This document shows positions 28,785 through 49,598 of a stretch of DNA of 64,000 bases, in pieces. This stretch comes from Amoebidium appalachense (taxonomy: Eukaryota; Protista; Ichthyosporea). The position numbers and the translations under genes are program-made. Each line of letters begins with the position of its first letter. The first letter of the stretch is position 1. The notes beneath the pieces were generated by a model that made no database searches, was not told where the DNA came from, and saw nothing but the letters and a program-made list of their open reading frames with translations. Where the stretch lies: positions 6,650,907 to 6,714,906 of the forward strand of contig CAVNZM010000001.1 of the NCBI GenBank assembly GCA_963693365.1, read 5' to 3'.

Positions 28785-29827
28785 ACCCCACGCACAGGAC
28801 AAGGCAAATGCCCTTCTGACCCTCATGCTCCCTATGGAGACTCAGACCCCTCGTGTAGACATCGTTGCGGCGGTGGTGGGGTTGGGCAGTATCGAAGCCC
28901 TAATGAATTACGGCACGACGGACCGACTTTTGCTGATGCACATGTATCACCTTATTTGGACATTGGCGCACGTGGGCGTGCACCTTGCCAGAACGAGCAA
29001 GACGATACTCAGGCAGATGGTACCGCAGGTGAATTATGAAACCCTGTGTAAGTATATCTATTTAGATAAGAAGACGTTGTGGGCGGTCATAAGCATGGAG
29101 AATGTAGACCATATTCGGGTTGCGTTGCAGGCGCTGATTTTTGCACGCGCGCTCGTTTCGGTATCGCGCGATCTCGGACAGAAAATGCTCGCCGATCGAA
29201 AATTGCTGCAGCGTGTGATTTCGGTGAGTGATAAGTATGTCGCAGGGACAGATTTATTGTTGGAATTGGCGAAAATTGAGGGAGGAAAAGAAAAAATGAT
29301 GCAAGTGGGACCACGGGATTAGGTCCAAGCGGCATTTTCGAAGGAGAAAGTTGCGGATGTGAAGGAATTGAGGGAGGAATTTAAGGAGACAAACAAGAGA
29401 CAATGTGCGAACGGGTGTGGTAAGCTGGAGGTGGAGGGGGGGAGCTAAACTGAAGCTGTGTTCTGGGTGTAAGAGCGTGAGGTATTGTGGGGCGGTGTGT
29501 CAGAAGGAGCATTGGGAGACACACAGGGAGGTGTGTGCGCTGGCTGCTGAGAGTGAGAAGAGGGGGGGACGTAGGGTGAATCTAGAGTATGTAGGGAGGT
29601 GGGGTGAACACTTGGATGAACAGTTGTGTCTGTGGCTGCGCACTTGTGTTTATCGCCCAGCGGAGGGGGGGGGGATTTCATACACAAACCATTTACCCAC
29701 ACACGTGCACATATACACACACGTGAAATACATGGACAGGTATTTCAAACCAAAGCACATCCAACTGGCAAGCTGCACTAGAATAGAAGTAACAGGATGC
29801 CGTAAGATGTGTTTACCGCTAAAGTAA
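25778..29827 (+). CDS. Helical-repeat protein with C-terminal zf-MYND (possibly pseudogenised)
   Basis: Exons 25778-25827 (tentative), 26059-26524, 27299-27541 and 28798 onward are phase-consistent. MYND finger: CANGCGKLEVEGGAKLKLCSGCKSVRYCGAVCQKEHWETHREVC. There is an in-frame TAG at 29320-29322 and a +1 G in the G7 run at ~29436-29442. The true 3' end is uncertain. Confidence 0.7.
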
Positions 29828-30143
29828 TTCATGAGTATGTTGTTAGGTTATGTGAACTTCTCAAGAGTCACAAGAACCGGCATGCCAGGTTCGACGGATA
29901 CCATCATGTTTTTTTTGTTTTGTTTTTATCGCGGTTTGTTCCCGGATGGACTCCTAGGAAATATGGATATGTATTTGCAATGTGAGTTGTCTGAAAGCAT
30001 TCATTCAGATTCTTCATGTCATTACTGGCCGACGAATTTTTTCCATTTTTCTTCCTGCCGTTTTTTTCTTCTTCCTCACTCGTTTCTTTGCTTTTTTTAT
30101 TTTTATTTTTTGTTTTGTTTTGGTATTGTTGGTGGTCCTGGTA

Positions 30144-30191
<48 letters not shown>

Positions 30192-30764
30192 CGGATTGTT
30201 TGAAAAGCATTGTAAAAACGAGCTAATTAGATAACTTGGCCGGTGATAAATGTGTTAATTATTATAAGCTATTATAAGTTGCTGCTACATGCCAGCAGGG
30301 CTGCATGCATAAGAATAAAATGCTGCAAGTGTGAATACATGTGGATAGCAAGAGCAATTTTCTATTAATCAATATTTTAGTTATCATAGTAGTATGCATT
30401 CATATTCGTTGGTCTTTTGATGAAGCTAATGGTGCGCCCTGTATGTACATGCATCACATGATCTCTCTGTGTGTGTTTGCGCACGTACGCACATTTGCAC
30501 ATGTACACGTGCGCACGTCAGCGCCCATATGCATGTGTGTGTATGCTCACGAAAATTTTGTGTGCAGTTCATGCGTGCCTGTGTGTGTGTGTGTGTGTGC
30601 CTATACAATGACATGGCATTGATCAGTGAACTTGGCAATGCCGTCAGCAGAATCTACATAGGCTTTTGATGGTTAACATCGATTAGGGGGAAAAAAAGGT
30701 CGGCATGTGTTGTACATGCAAGCGTGTGTGTGCGTGTGTGTGTACAGTCCTAATGAGTGTTTCC

Positions 30765-30797
<33 letters not shown>

Positions 30798-31788
30798 GAG
30801 ATTGGGGCATCAATGTAGCGCTAATCATTCACGTTCCCAGCATGCATTGGAGTGCGTGTGCCACAGGCACAAGGTTTTGCACTGTCATTTCATGCGCATG
30901 CAAGGCTGTGAAATTCGAGGCTTGATGTGCTTCATTCTTTTGGACAAAGAAACTTAGCTTGGACATGTGCGCAAATGCATGAATATACGAATGCTTTCTA
31001 GCCGAGCATTTTAAGCATGTTTGTAGTGTTTGCATGTACGGGCGATGCCTGTGTACGTAGTTGTGAAGGTGTTTTGTTTTGTTCCAGGACTAACTAAAAT
31101 ACAGCTACAGATTGGAATGCTACGAAAGACAACAAGTAAACAATATGTGCGGCTTTTCGACAAATTACTCCCATGTAAATACTCTACTAAATATGGAATT
31201 GTAAAGCGGAATGCAAATAACACGATTATGACAGAGCATATAGACTTGTGAAATCATCAGCAAGGCGCGAGGGAAAAAAAAAAAAAAAAAAACAAAGAAA
31301 AAGAAAAAAGAAAAGAAAAGAAAAGAAAGAAAAGAAAAGAAAAGGAAAGGTGAAATAACCGAGAATCATCACATTCACTTTTTCACGACGACAAACACAC
31401 ATAGCCAATCAGATTCATGCACAACACGAGCAACATTATGCAACACGAGTTTGGTTTCTGGCGAGCCGGCAGTCAATAACAATAACCCAGGTCTTCTAAA
31501 AACATATCATAGTTGTGCACATCACTTTAAGGTCTATGTAGGCATTTTACGGTATGACGTCAATACTGTGCCAGCATGGCCTTAAACACTAATCAGGATA
31601 TTTCATCGGGTTTGACTATATATATGTTGCTATCTCCTTATTTGGCATACGGAAACCATCGGGAATCATAAAGAAGCCCTAATAACAAAGTATAACCCCG
31701 TCCGCCATAGTCTTTAACTGGTTACCCCATGCACCCCCCATCTTCCCACACCTTTCTTTTTCTTCCTTTTTTATTTTTTTTTTTTTTT

Positions 31789-32255
31789 TTAGAACACAAG
31801 TGTTGGCCACAAGTCAGCCAGAGTTACATAATGGTTGATGTGCAGTGCAGGGCGCATAGCAACCAATTCTTCCATCAGATTTGGAGCAAACCCAAAGATG
31901 TTGAGGTGTTGAAGGGACGGAAGGAGGGCAGCCTTTTGCACACTGTCAAAGGGAACACTGCGGCAGCGGCTCATTGCCAGCGCTTGCAGTTTGGTGCATT
32001 TCTCGACGAGCGGGCCTACACCTGCGTCGGTGATTTCGTAGTTGTCGCTGTGGATGTAAGTGTAAGTGTGAGTGTGTGTGTGAGTGAGTGAGTGAGTGAG
32101 TGAGTGTGTTGTCTTCGGGGGGGATGAGTTCATCAAATTCGACATCTTTGTTATTCATTTTTACCTATACTTCTAATCTTTCTTTCTTCCCCCCGTCTCC
32201 CCCCCCCCCCCCCAAAAAAAAGGGTGGTGGTGGTGGTGGTGGTGGTGGTGGTGGT

Positions 32256-32304
<49 letters not shown>

Positions 32305-32752
32305 AGAAGAGGTAGAACGGCTTAAATGCACAACCAAATCAACAAAGTTCCGAAGGATGAAACAAGAAGTTGAAACGGGAGGGAAAAACGAAGAGGCAGC
32401 TGAGTGCAAAGGGGGATTCGGAGAAAGTAAATAAAAGAATAAAGACAAACAAAAAAGAAAAACGGGGGGGGGGGGGGGGGGGGGGGGGAGGGGGGGGGGG
32501 GGGGAATTGGCCACATCACCCACCTGATGTCGAGGTGCACCATGTCAGGGCATGTTGCAGCTATGGCATGAAGGAATGCATTGCCCATCTCCGTGTTGTA
32601 TCCAGATACGTTGAGGGCAACAAGTTTGGGGTGTTTGTGCACAAACTGAGTGGCTAGTGGCCCCCCTACACGCAGCCACGAAAGGTTGGCTTGCTCGAGG
32701 GAGGGGCAGCCATCTGCAAGCGCGGTCATGCTGTGCGACTGGATGCCTGTAC

Positions 32753-32806
<54 letters not shown>

Positions 32807-32843
32807 GTGTATGTGTGTGTGTGTGTGTGTGCATGTGTGGTGT

Positions 32844-32927
<84 letters not shown>

Positions 32928-33118
32928 TGTGTGCGTATGTGTGTGTGTTGTTGGAGCAAGGGTTGTTAAGGAGCGAAGAAGGTGGGGAGGGGTGGGGAGG
33001 AGGGGGAGGGGTGACGAGTGGTGGTGGAAAGGGTGGAGAAGGGGATGGAAACAGGATGAGGCTTGGGCAGGTGGGGTGTTACAACAGCAGAAGAGACTCG
33101 AGGGTGTTGGGAGCATTT

Positions 33119-33176
<58 letters not shown>

Positions 33177-33202
33177 CCCTTCTTTTTTCCTACTTCTTCT
33201 CC

Positions 33203-33259
<57 letters not shown>

Positions 33260-33903
33260 TGCAATTTTGGACATACCCATTGTAAGACTCAGGTCTATAG
33301 CACGTAGGCCTTTGCTTGTTTCAATGATGCCAGCCAACTCTTCGTCACAGACCGTGTTGCATGAGGACACAGTCAGGAAAACAAGGGAGCCGCAGTGGGG
33401 TTGTAGGTTGATCAGGATACCCGATGGAACGGTGCATGACTTGAACGACAGAACTTGGAGGGACTTGGTGCCCTTAAGCCCATCGGCTACCTGTACGTGT
33501 GTGTACGTGTACGTGTGTGTGTTTTTTTGGGGGGGAGGGAGGGATATATCAGAACGGGAGACTAAAACATCGTCATGTACCCCCTCAATCCCCCCCCCCC
33601 CCCCCCCCCCCCGCCGCCGCCGCCTCCCCCGATCCCTTCCTGAACACCTTTACCAGCACGCGTGGTTCTGTCATGTGTACAAAGGAGAATATTCTTCTTT
33701 TCGTGTCTGTGTGTGTGGTCAGATGCAGGCACATAAGTTCTCTGAAGGCTCTTCAGTATCTCTTCCAATCTACGTTTAACTCCATATCTAGCTTTGTTGA
33801 ATCGAGATGCTGTGCGGGGGAAACGGGGCGGTTTGAATGCTTCAAAACATAAACAACGGACAACACGCTGCAGAGTGCAAACCACACATTGAGAGTATGC
33901 GCC

Positions 33904-33941
<38 letters not shown>

Positions 33942-34163
33942 GGTGGTGGTAGTGGGGATAATGACCTCTTTGACACCGTGGATGGCATAGTAGACGTCGT
34001 CCTTGGGGTGGGTGGGTACAAGCTGGGCATTGGCCATGTAGAGGCGGTGCACCCTCCGTGCAAGCAGCATGTGCAGGAGGGACAGGGGCACAACACGGAG
34101 GTGACGCAGGTCAACAGTGTGCCATACACAGGGGTCGTACCTGTGTGTGTGTAGGTGTGTGTG

Positions 34164-34208
<45 letters not shown>

Positions 34209-34861
34209 GGAGGGGGAGGGAAGACACCTCAGATTGAGGGGCAGAGGAGGGGGATGGGGGCGTGGGATGCGGAGGGGTGGTGTTGCCGAAGCAGCCTGCA
34301 GGGCGCTGAGGGACCTCGGGATGATTGGGAAAGAGTGTTCCTGTTTTCTGTTCGTTGCTTCGTGTTCGTTTTCTTTTTCCTTTCCCCCCCCCCCCCCCCT
34401 TTTTTTGAGGGTGGGGGTTTTGGGGGGGTGCATTTGTGTATAAGGGCGCAAAGGTTGGAAAAGGGTGGGCCTGTGAGGAAGGTGGGAGGGGGAGGAGGGG
34501 GGGGGGGGGGGGGGGGGGAGGGGGGGGGAGGGAAGGGGAGGGAGAGCTGGGTTTAGTTTCACTTACGCCAGGCTTCTCCATCTTTTGCAGACACGGGCAC
34601 AGACAGCAAGGGACTCAGGGGGCAGGTAGCGGAATATCCTCATTGCTATCTCGTCCGGCACAGAGTCGAACCGGGAGCTTGGTCTCAGCACGTTTGTTGC
34701 TGCTTGAATGCAAGATTAGAAAAACATCCCCAACACAGAAGCAGTCATTGCAGTAACAAAAAAACGGGTGAATTGCTCTGGCTAAGATTTGCCTTTCTAA
34801 GACATTTGTTGTGTTGGTGAAGACAGAAAACGTGCTTGGAGGATCAGCTTTGCTTGTGAAT

Positions 34862-34896
<35 letters not shown>

Positions 34897-35555
34897 ATAC
34901 GTTGACCAGGACAAGAACAATTCTTATGGGGGGGAGTAAGTACAACATGTGCGCATCAACTCATGAAACAAACACATCAAACTGATTCAACCCTACCTAT
35001 GTTCAATGGTCGAAAGAGAAGGGCAGGTGGCTCCCCGGCACCCAAGCTGCATACTGTGCCGTTGCAGTCCTGCACGGAGGTTTTGGATTACACACAGTTC
35101 ACTTTGAGACCACTGCTACCTTACCGTGTGGCTACAAATAAGGGCATTAGATACAACACAAATAGATGTCCCTCAATTATACTTCAACACGACACTAGCG
35201 TTTCATGGCGAGGTCAAAACAGGTGGTGAAAGGGTGGAAGCCATAATGTTTTCTATTTCTGCTTGATAAATCATGCGCACTAAAAAAGTAAATGAAAACA
35301 TACCCTCACTGGTGGGAGCGGTGGGAGTCTGGAACCCCTCGAGCACGGTTCTGGTGTTGCTTTGTCGCTGAGTTCTGCCCTTGCAAACCTTAGGGGCACT
35401 TTAATGGGTGCTTGGATGGATCTGAGCTGTATTCTTGCTGCTGCCCTCGTAACGGGCCCCTTTCTGCACCCCTTTCGTCTATGTGCCTCTTTGTCTGAGG
35501 AGTTACTCTCTTCTTCGCTGCTCCAAGCAAGCTCTTCTACTTCAAGGCCCCTCAT
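31789..35555 (-). CDS. SKP2: S-phase kinase-associated protein 2 (F-box/LRR), ~441 aa, 7 exons
   Basis: Exons 35555-35310 (or 35304), 35069-34997, 34702-34567, 34140-33966, 33490-33277, 32746-32524 and 32047-31789 are all phase-consistent. F-box: FDSVPDEIAMRIFRYLPPESLAVCARVCKRWRSLA. The LRRs ANLSWL, LNVSGY, CPDMVHLDISD, LAMSRC, PSLQHLNIFG and LHIN parallel human SKP2 as recalled (LNLSWC, LNLSGY, CPNLVHLDLSD, LSLSRC, PTLKTLQVFG, LQIN). Confidence 0.85.
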
Positions 35556-36897
35556 GTTTGCGTTTTTGGGAAGGGTGGTTTACGAGGTTTCTGCAAGGGG
35601 AAGTCAGATCACTACGTGGTTAACGGTCAAGCCTGTTGTCCAGAAGGACTACCAGCTGGGGTCATTTTATGGGAGAGCCGTCAGATATAAGCAGCAGAGG
35701 CTCTAGTTTTTCTACCACTCGTATTCGTTCATATCACAGACTTTGCTTGTGCAGAATGGTCCGAAACCTTACGATTATAGGGCAAAGACGCCTTTGTTAA
35801 CCTTGCTACATCATTACAACAAAAGCACACAAAGCACCCTTGTACAAAAAAAACAAGGGGGTAGGTTCAAGTTACGCCTATTTCAAGCACTCAGTTGTTG
35901 ACCGGTAGCATGCATAGAACGGCTAGGATCACTGGCTACGGTTTGGATGTTCTTTCACAAATGTGAGGATAACGGTCGTCACACATGCAACTGAAATACG
36001 GACTGGACAGTAGCAGCATCCAAAGGTGCAACCAAGATATTGTTGGTTTACATGTAATATCAAGAGACAAAATTAAAGTGCTAACAATGAGAACCCTAGT
36101 TTGAGGTGAGTGAACTCTTCGAAGGGCCATGTGGAGGTGTTTGAGGTTGGAGAAAGGTTTCATAACGCTTACCTGGAACAACTCTTGGTAATCGCTGAGT
36201 AATGATGTTTTTATAATATACTGTTACAAAGGAGCTGTAATACTTGGACGGTTTTCCAAGAAGTGTGGTGGTGTTATTGAGTGCTTCTGCTAGCTTCGGG
36301 GTGCTTCTTGTGCTTGTTACTGGTCCATTGCTTTATGTTTTATGTGTTGACCTTAGCAGCGGCTATACCCGCTTTAAGCTACCATAAACACTTTAAGATA
36401 TCATTCATTATTTAGCGCGTATAGTTTATAACATTTAACAGCCACATTCAAAATCAAACCGACAAAACGAAAGAAACAAACTGACTCTTTGAAACGATGG
36501 AATCGATGGTGTCGTGCGTTTATCAAATGCGGGCCGGCCGTCCGGAGGTGACTTGAAAATTCAAACTGCCGCCTTTTTCTGAAAACGCGATGTGATTCGC
36601 TGAAGATGAGCTATTGTTAGCTTTATATAGTTAATTCGTGAACCTTTTCATTTGTTGTCTTACAAGCCTAGGCCCTCTGCCAGCGCAATGCCGCCTGAGA
36701 CAAGTCGAAATTCTAAGACTAAGAAACAGGTGTATTTATGGGTATAACCAGTCTAGAGCTACGTACTTTTTTCTTCATCTGCCCCTCTCACAGCTCTTTA
36801 CATATAAATTTGACAAGGATTGTACGAGGGGGGCCCGCTGAGTGTTACCCAGCGCGGTGGGGCCGTAAACCCCCTCTGCAAATTTGCAGATTTACTC

Positions 36898-36951
36898 TGG
36901 AGATTAAAATATACAGAGCAATCATGGAGATTAAAATATACAGAGCAATCA
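36898..36951. repeat. Perfect 27-bp tandem duplication
   Basis: TGGAGATTAAAATATACAGAGCAATCA occurs twice in the SKP2/PRIM1 intergenic region. Confidence 0.95.
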
Positions 36952-37149
36952 TGTAAAACACCAGCAAGAATCGCGCAGAAAGATTTTAGTGCTCTTCAAA
37001 TACTTTTTTGCTATTTATATAAATATTGCCAAGCCTAGGTATAAAGTCTAGCAAATGTTTGGGCATATTAATGTTTCATGAATAATGCAAGTCATAAAAC
37101 AAAATCCATCTTTGGAAGTCAGGGGAGATCACAAGTCGCTAGCTTTCTA

Positions 37150-37187
37150 CCAATCAGCGCCCCGCCTGCATTGCTTTTGGCGGGAAA
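37150..37187 (+). promoter_or_regulatory. CCAAT box + GC box + E2F site upstream of PRIM1
   Basis: CCAATCAGCG (37150-37159), GCCCCGCC (37159-37166) and TTTGGCGGGAAA (37176-37187), ~170 bp upstream of the PRIM1 ATG. Confidence 0.6.
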
Positions 37188-37358
37188 CTGCCCGGCAAAA
37201 TTACAGCTTGCCTGGCCACCACTCGCTACCACAGGTTTTAGTTAGGGGAAAAAAAAGGAATAACAAACATACCAGCAAAGCTGTAGCCGTTATTTAGGGA
37301 AAAACAGCGTTAAACAAAAGACTTTATATAGGTTCTAAAGGCAAGGAGATAATCGAAG

Positions 37359-47113
<9,755 letters not shown>

Positions 47114-47844
47114 GGCCTTCTGTCAGTGCTGCCACACAAACACGTGTGCATGCACGTGTTGCGCATGTTACGGTGTGGGAAACGTCAAGAAATTGCAACG
47201 GCGATAATGCCATCGGTTTGAGTATTCGTGCATTCTGTGACCGCTTTTTCGTTGCTTCTACTTATTCTGAGACCTGGCAAATATATCCGGCAATGCCAAG
47301 GTTTAAGATCACTCAAAGCTGCCTTGATGATAATTAAACTTTTCTGTGTATTTATTTTTAGGATTGATTGCGAGATCTGCTCCATGCACTAATGATGGAA
47401 ACGAGAGTGAGCAACATTCAATGCAGTGAAGGATACACATGCACGCACTCACACACCACTCTTAGGAATCCTAATATCATACTTCGAAGAGAGACCTTCT
47501 CTCTTAACATTACCCCTTTAAATCTTCATCTTTTCATGGTGGGCTGTTCCCTCCAAATTAGGTATAGCTAAGGTAATTAATCACAGATGCAGCAGGATAT
47601 TTTGCTTCCACCTGGAATAATATCCGAACCTTTTAGAGCATGGAGATTGGTTGAAATTATTGCTCGTTCCATGATGCATATGTTCGGCAATTTACCAAGA
47701 AATAAAACTTTCATCATTTCCTACGTTTTCCTGCAAGCCCACAGGGTACGAAACATATGTCTGCATGATCCTGATTGGGTCAGGCTGACCAATCACTAGG
47801 AGCTATCGATGCAATAAAGCGAAAAGGCCGAAACCTAAGTGATC

Positions 47845-47887
<43 letters not shown>

Positions 47888-47930
47888 CCCCCTCCCCCCA
47901 CAAAGACTCCGCCCCATCCCTCCCAGGCCC

Positions 47931-47982
<52 letters not shown>

Positions 47983-48442
47983 CACTGCACACACTGCACA
48001 CACACGCGCGCGCGCGAGCGCGCGCACTGTGGCCTGCGCACAGAAATTTCTCAACGTTTAATCCCCTGCCCTAGGAATGCATGTGTGTATACACGTGACA
48101 CATGCATAGCTGAAAGGATATGCCGACGTGCACAAGTACACCGCGACACACGTGCACATGACAAATAACTCACGATCGGGTCTATCTGCGATTGCACCAC
48201 ATTCAGTCATCCGGATTCAGCACATGTACGTACGTGTAGACGTCAGACCGTGAACACGTGCATATGAATAACAATTAACGTAACACAATGACGCGGGTGT
48301 TTATTAGCTAGAGGGTTGGTGATACATACACATCAGACACTGCTTTGCAGGCATTTTTAGCATTAATGCTTGCTAGATGTTTGGTGGTGGTGGTCCATGG
48401 GTGGGCGGGTTGGGTGGCGGGGTTGGGGGGGGGGTGCACGTG

Positions 48443-48496
<54 letters not shown>

Positions 48497-48794
48497 GTTG
48501 GTAAACCGGGGACCGGGTTGGTGTATTAGTGTGTGCGTGCACGTGTGATAGGTGGGCCTGCGGGCTGGTGGATTGTTGTGTGTGTGTTGGAGGGGGGGGA
48601 GAGAAGGGGGGGGGGGGGGGGGGGGGGGGGGGGAGAGTGAGGGGAGGGGCGGGCGGGGGCTGTGGGGGGGGGGGGGGGGGGGGGGGGGGGTTAGTTGTAT
48701 GGCAAATTACAGAGTACGAAGTACACATTCACGACGGACAACACCATGTAGATTGCAAAGTAAAAATTGTGCATTATATGCGGGGGAGAAGGGG

Positions 48795-48864
<70 letters not shown>

Positions 48865-49598
48865 GAAGGAGTTGAAAGAGGAAAGGTACATGTCTGTTTA
48901 AATTTGGTGGGTAGCCAACACGGATTTCGATTTCGATAAACTCGGAGGCTCGGAACAGGTCGCCCCTCTCGGGGAAGGGCTTAGAATGTGAACTTCAGTG
49001 CCACTGACCGCACATTTATAAAGAACACCACAATGCAGAGCGCAAACCCACACACATGAGTATGTATAATGAGCAGAGCCCATACTCAGCAGAGTCCGAC
49101 GTTATCCACGGGTGGGTGGGTGGGTTTGGGGGTAGAGGAGGGGGGGCTTAAAGTGGAAGATACAAGTGTGCGAGGTTTTCGAATGCATAAACATCTTCTC
49201 CTTTATCGAATTTCTTTGTCATGCCTACAAAAACACATGTTTGTTACTTGGCAAATATTAAAGGGGAAAAGGGAGCCTCTTAGACTCACAGAACATGCAT
49301 ATCATACATGAGCACTGTTTCATACAAAGTGCAAGCAGCAAAAACAAAAAAAACGTTCTGCGCGACACTACTTATTTGTATGGCATCATTCGAATGTTAC
49401 CCGTCCTCCTAAACCCTTCTATTCACAAAGAACGAGCAACTCAACGAGAATACAGAAGAAAGAAACAGAAAAAAAGGGGGAACTAGGCGATAGATCATAG
49501 GTAGGGCACTTCTTACATTCTACTCAAACTGACAAAAACCGCAAAACGACACACAATCTCCCATACAAAAGGAAAAATCCTGACCGGCCAATTTTAGC

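Noticed and set aside
29320-29322. TAG reassignment (alternative genetic code)
   Set aside because: PRIM1 ends with TAG at its conserved DF terminus, and the intact genes show no internal TAG.
32965-32972. U12 branch-point match (TCCTTAAC, minus strand) in an SKP2 intron
   Set aside because: It is ~220 nt from the acceptor, and the donor is GTATGT (U2 type).
33653-33810. Extra SKP2 exon
   Set aside because: The flanking exons join directly in phase 0 (HGVKE|VADGLK), and the phase-0 reading of this segment contains a stop.
36663-37039. 10-bp direct repeat CAAGCCTAGG as a TSD of an insertion
   Set aside because: No terminal inverted repeats or poly-A tail between the copies.
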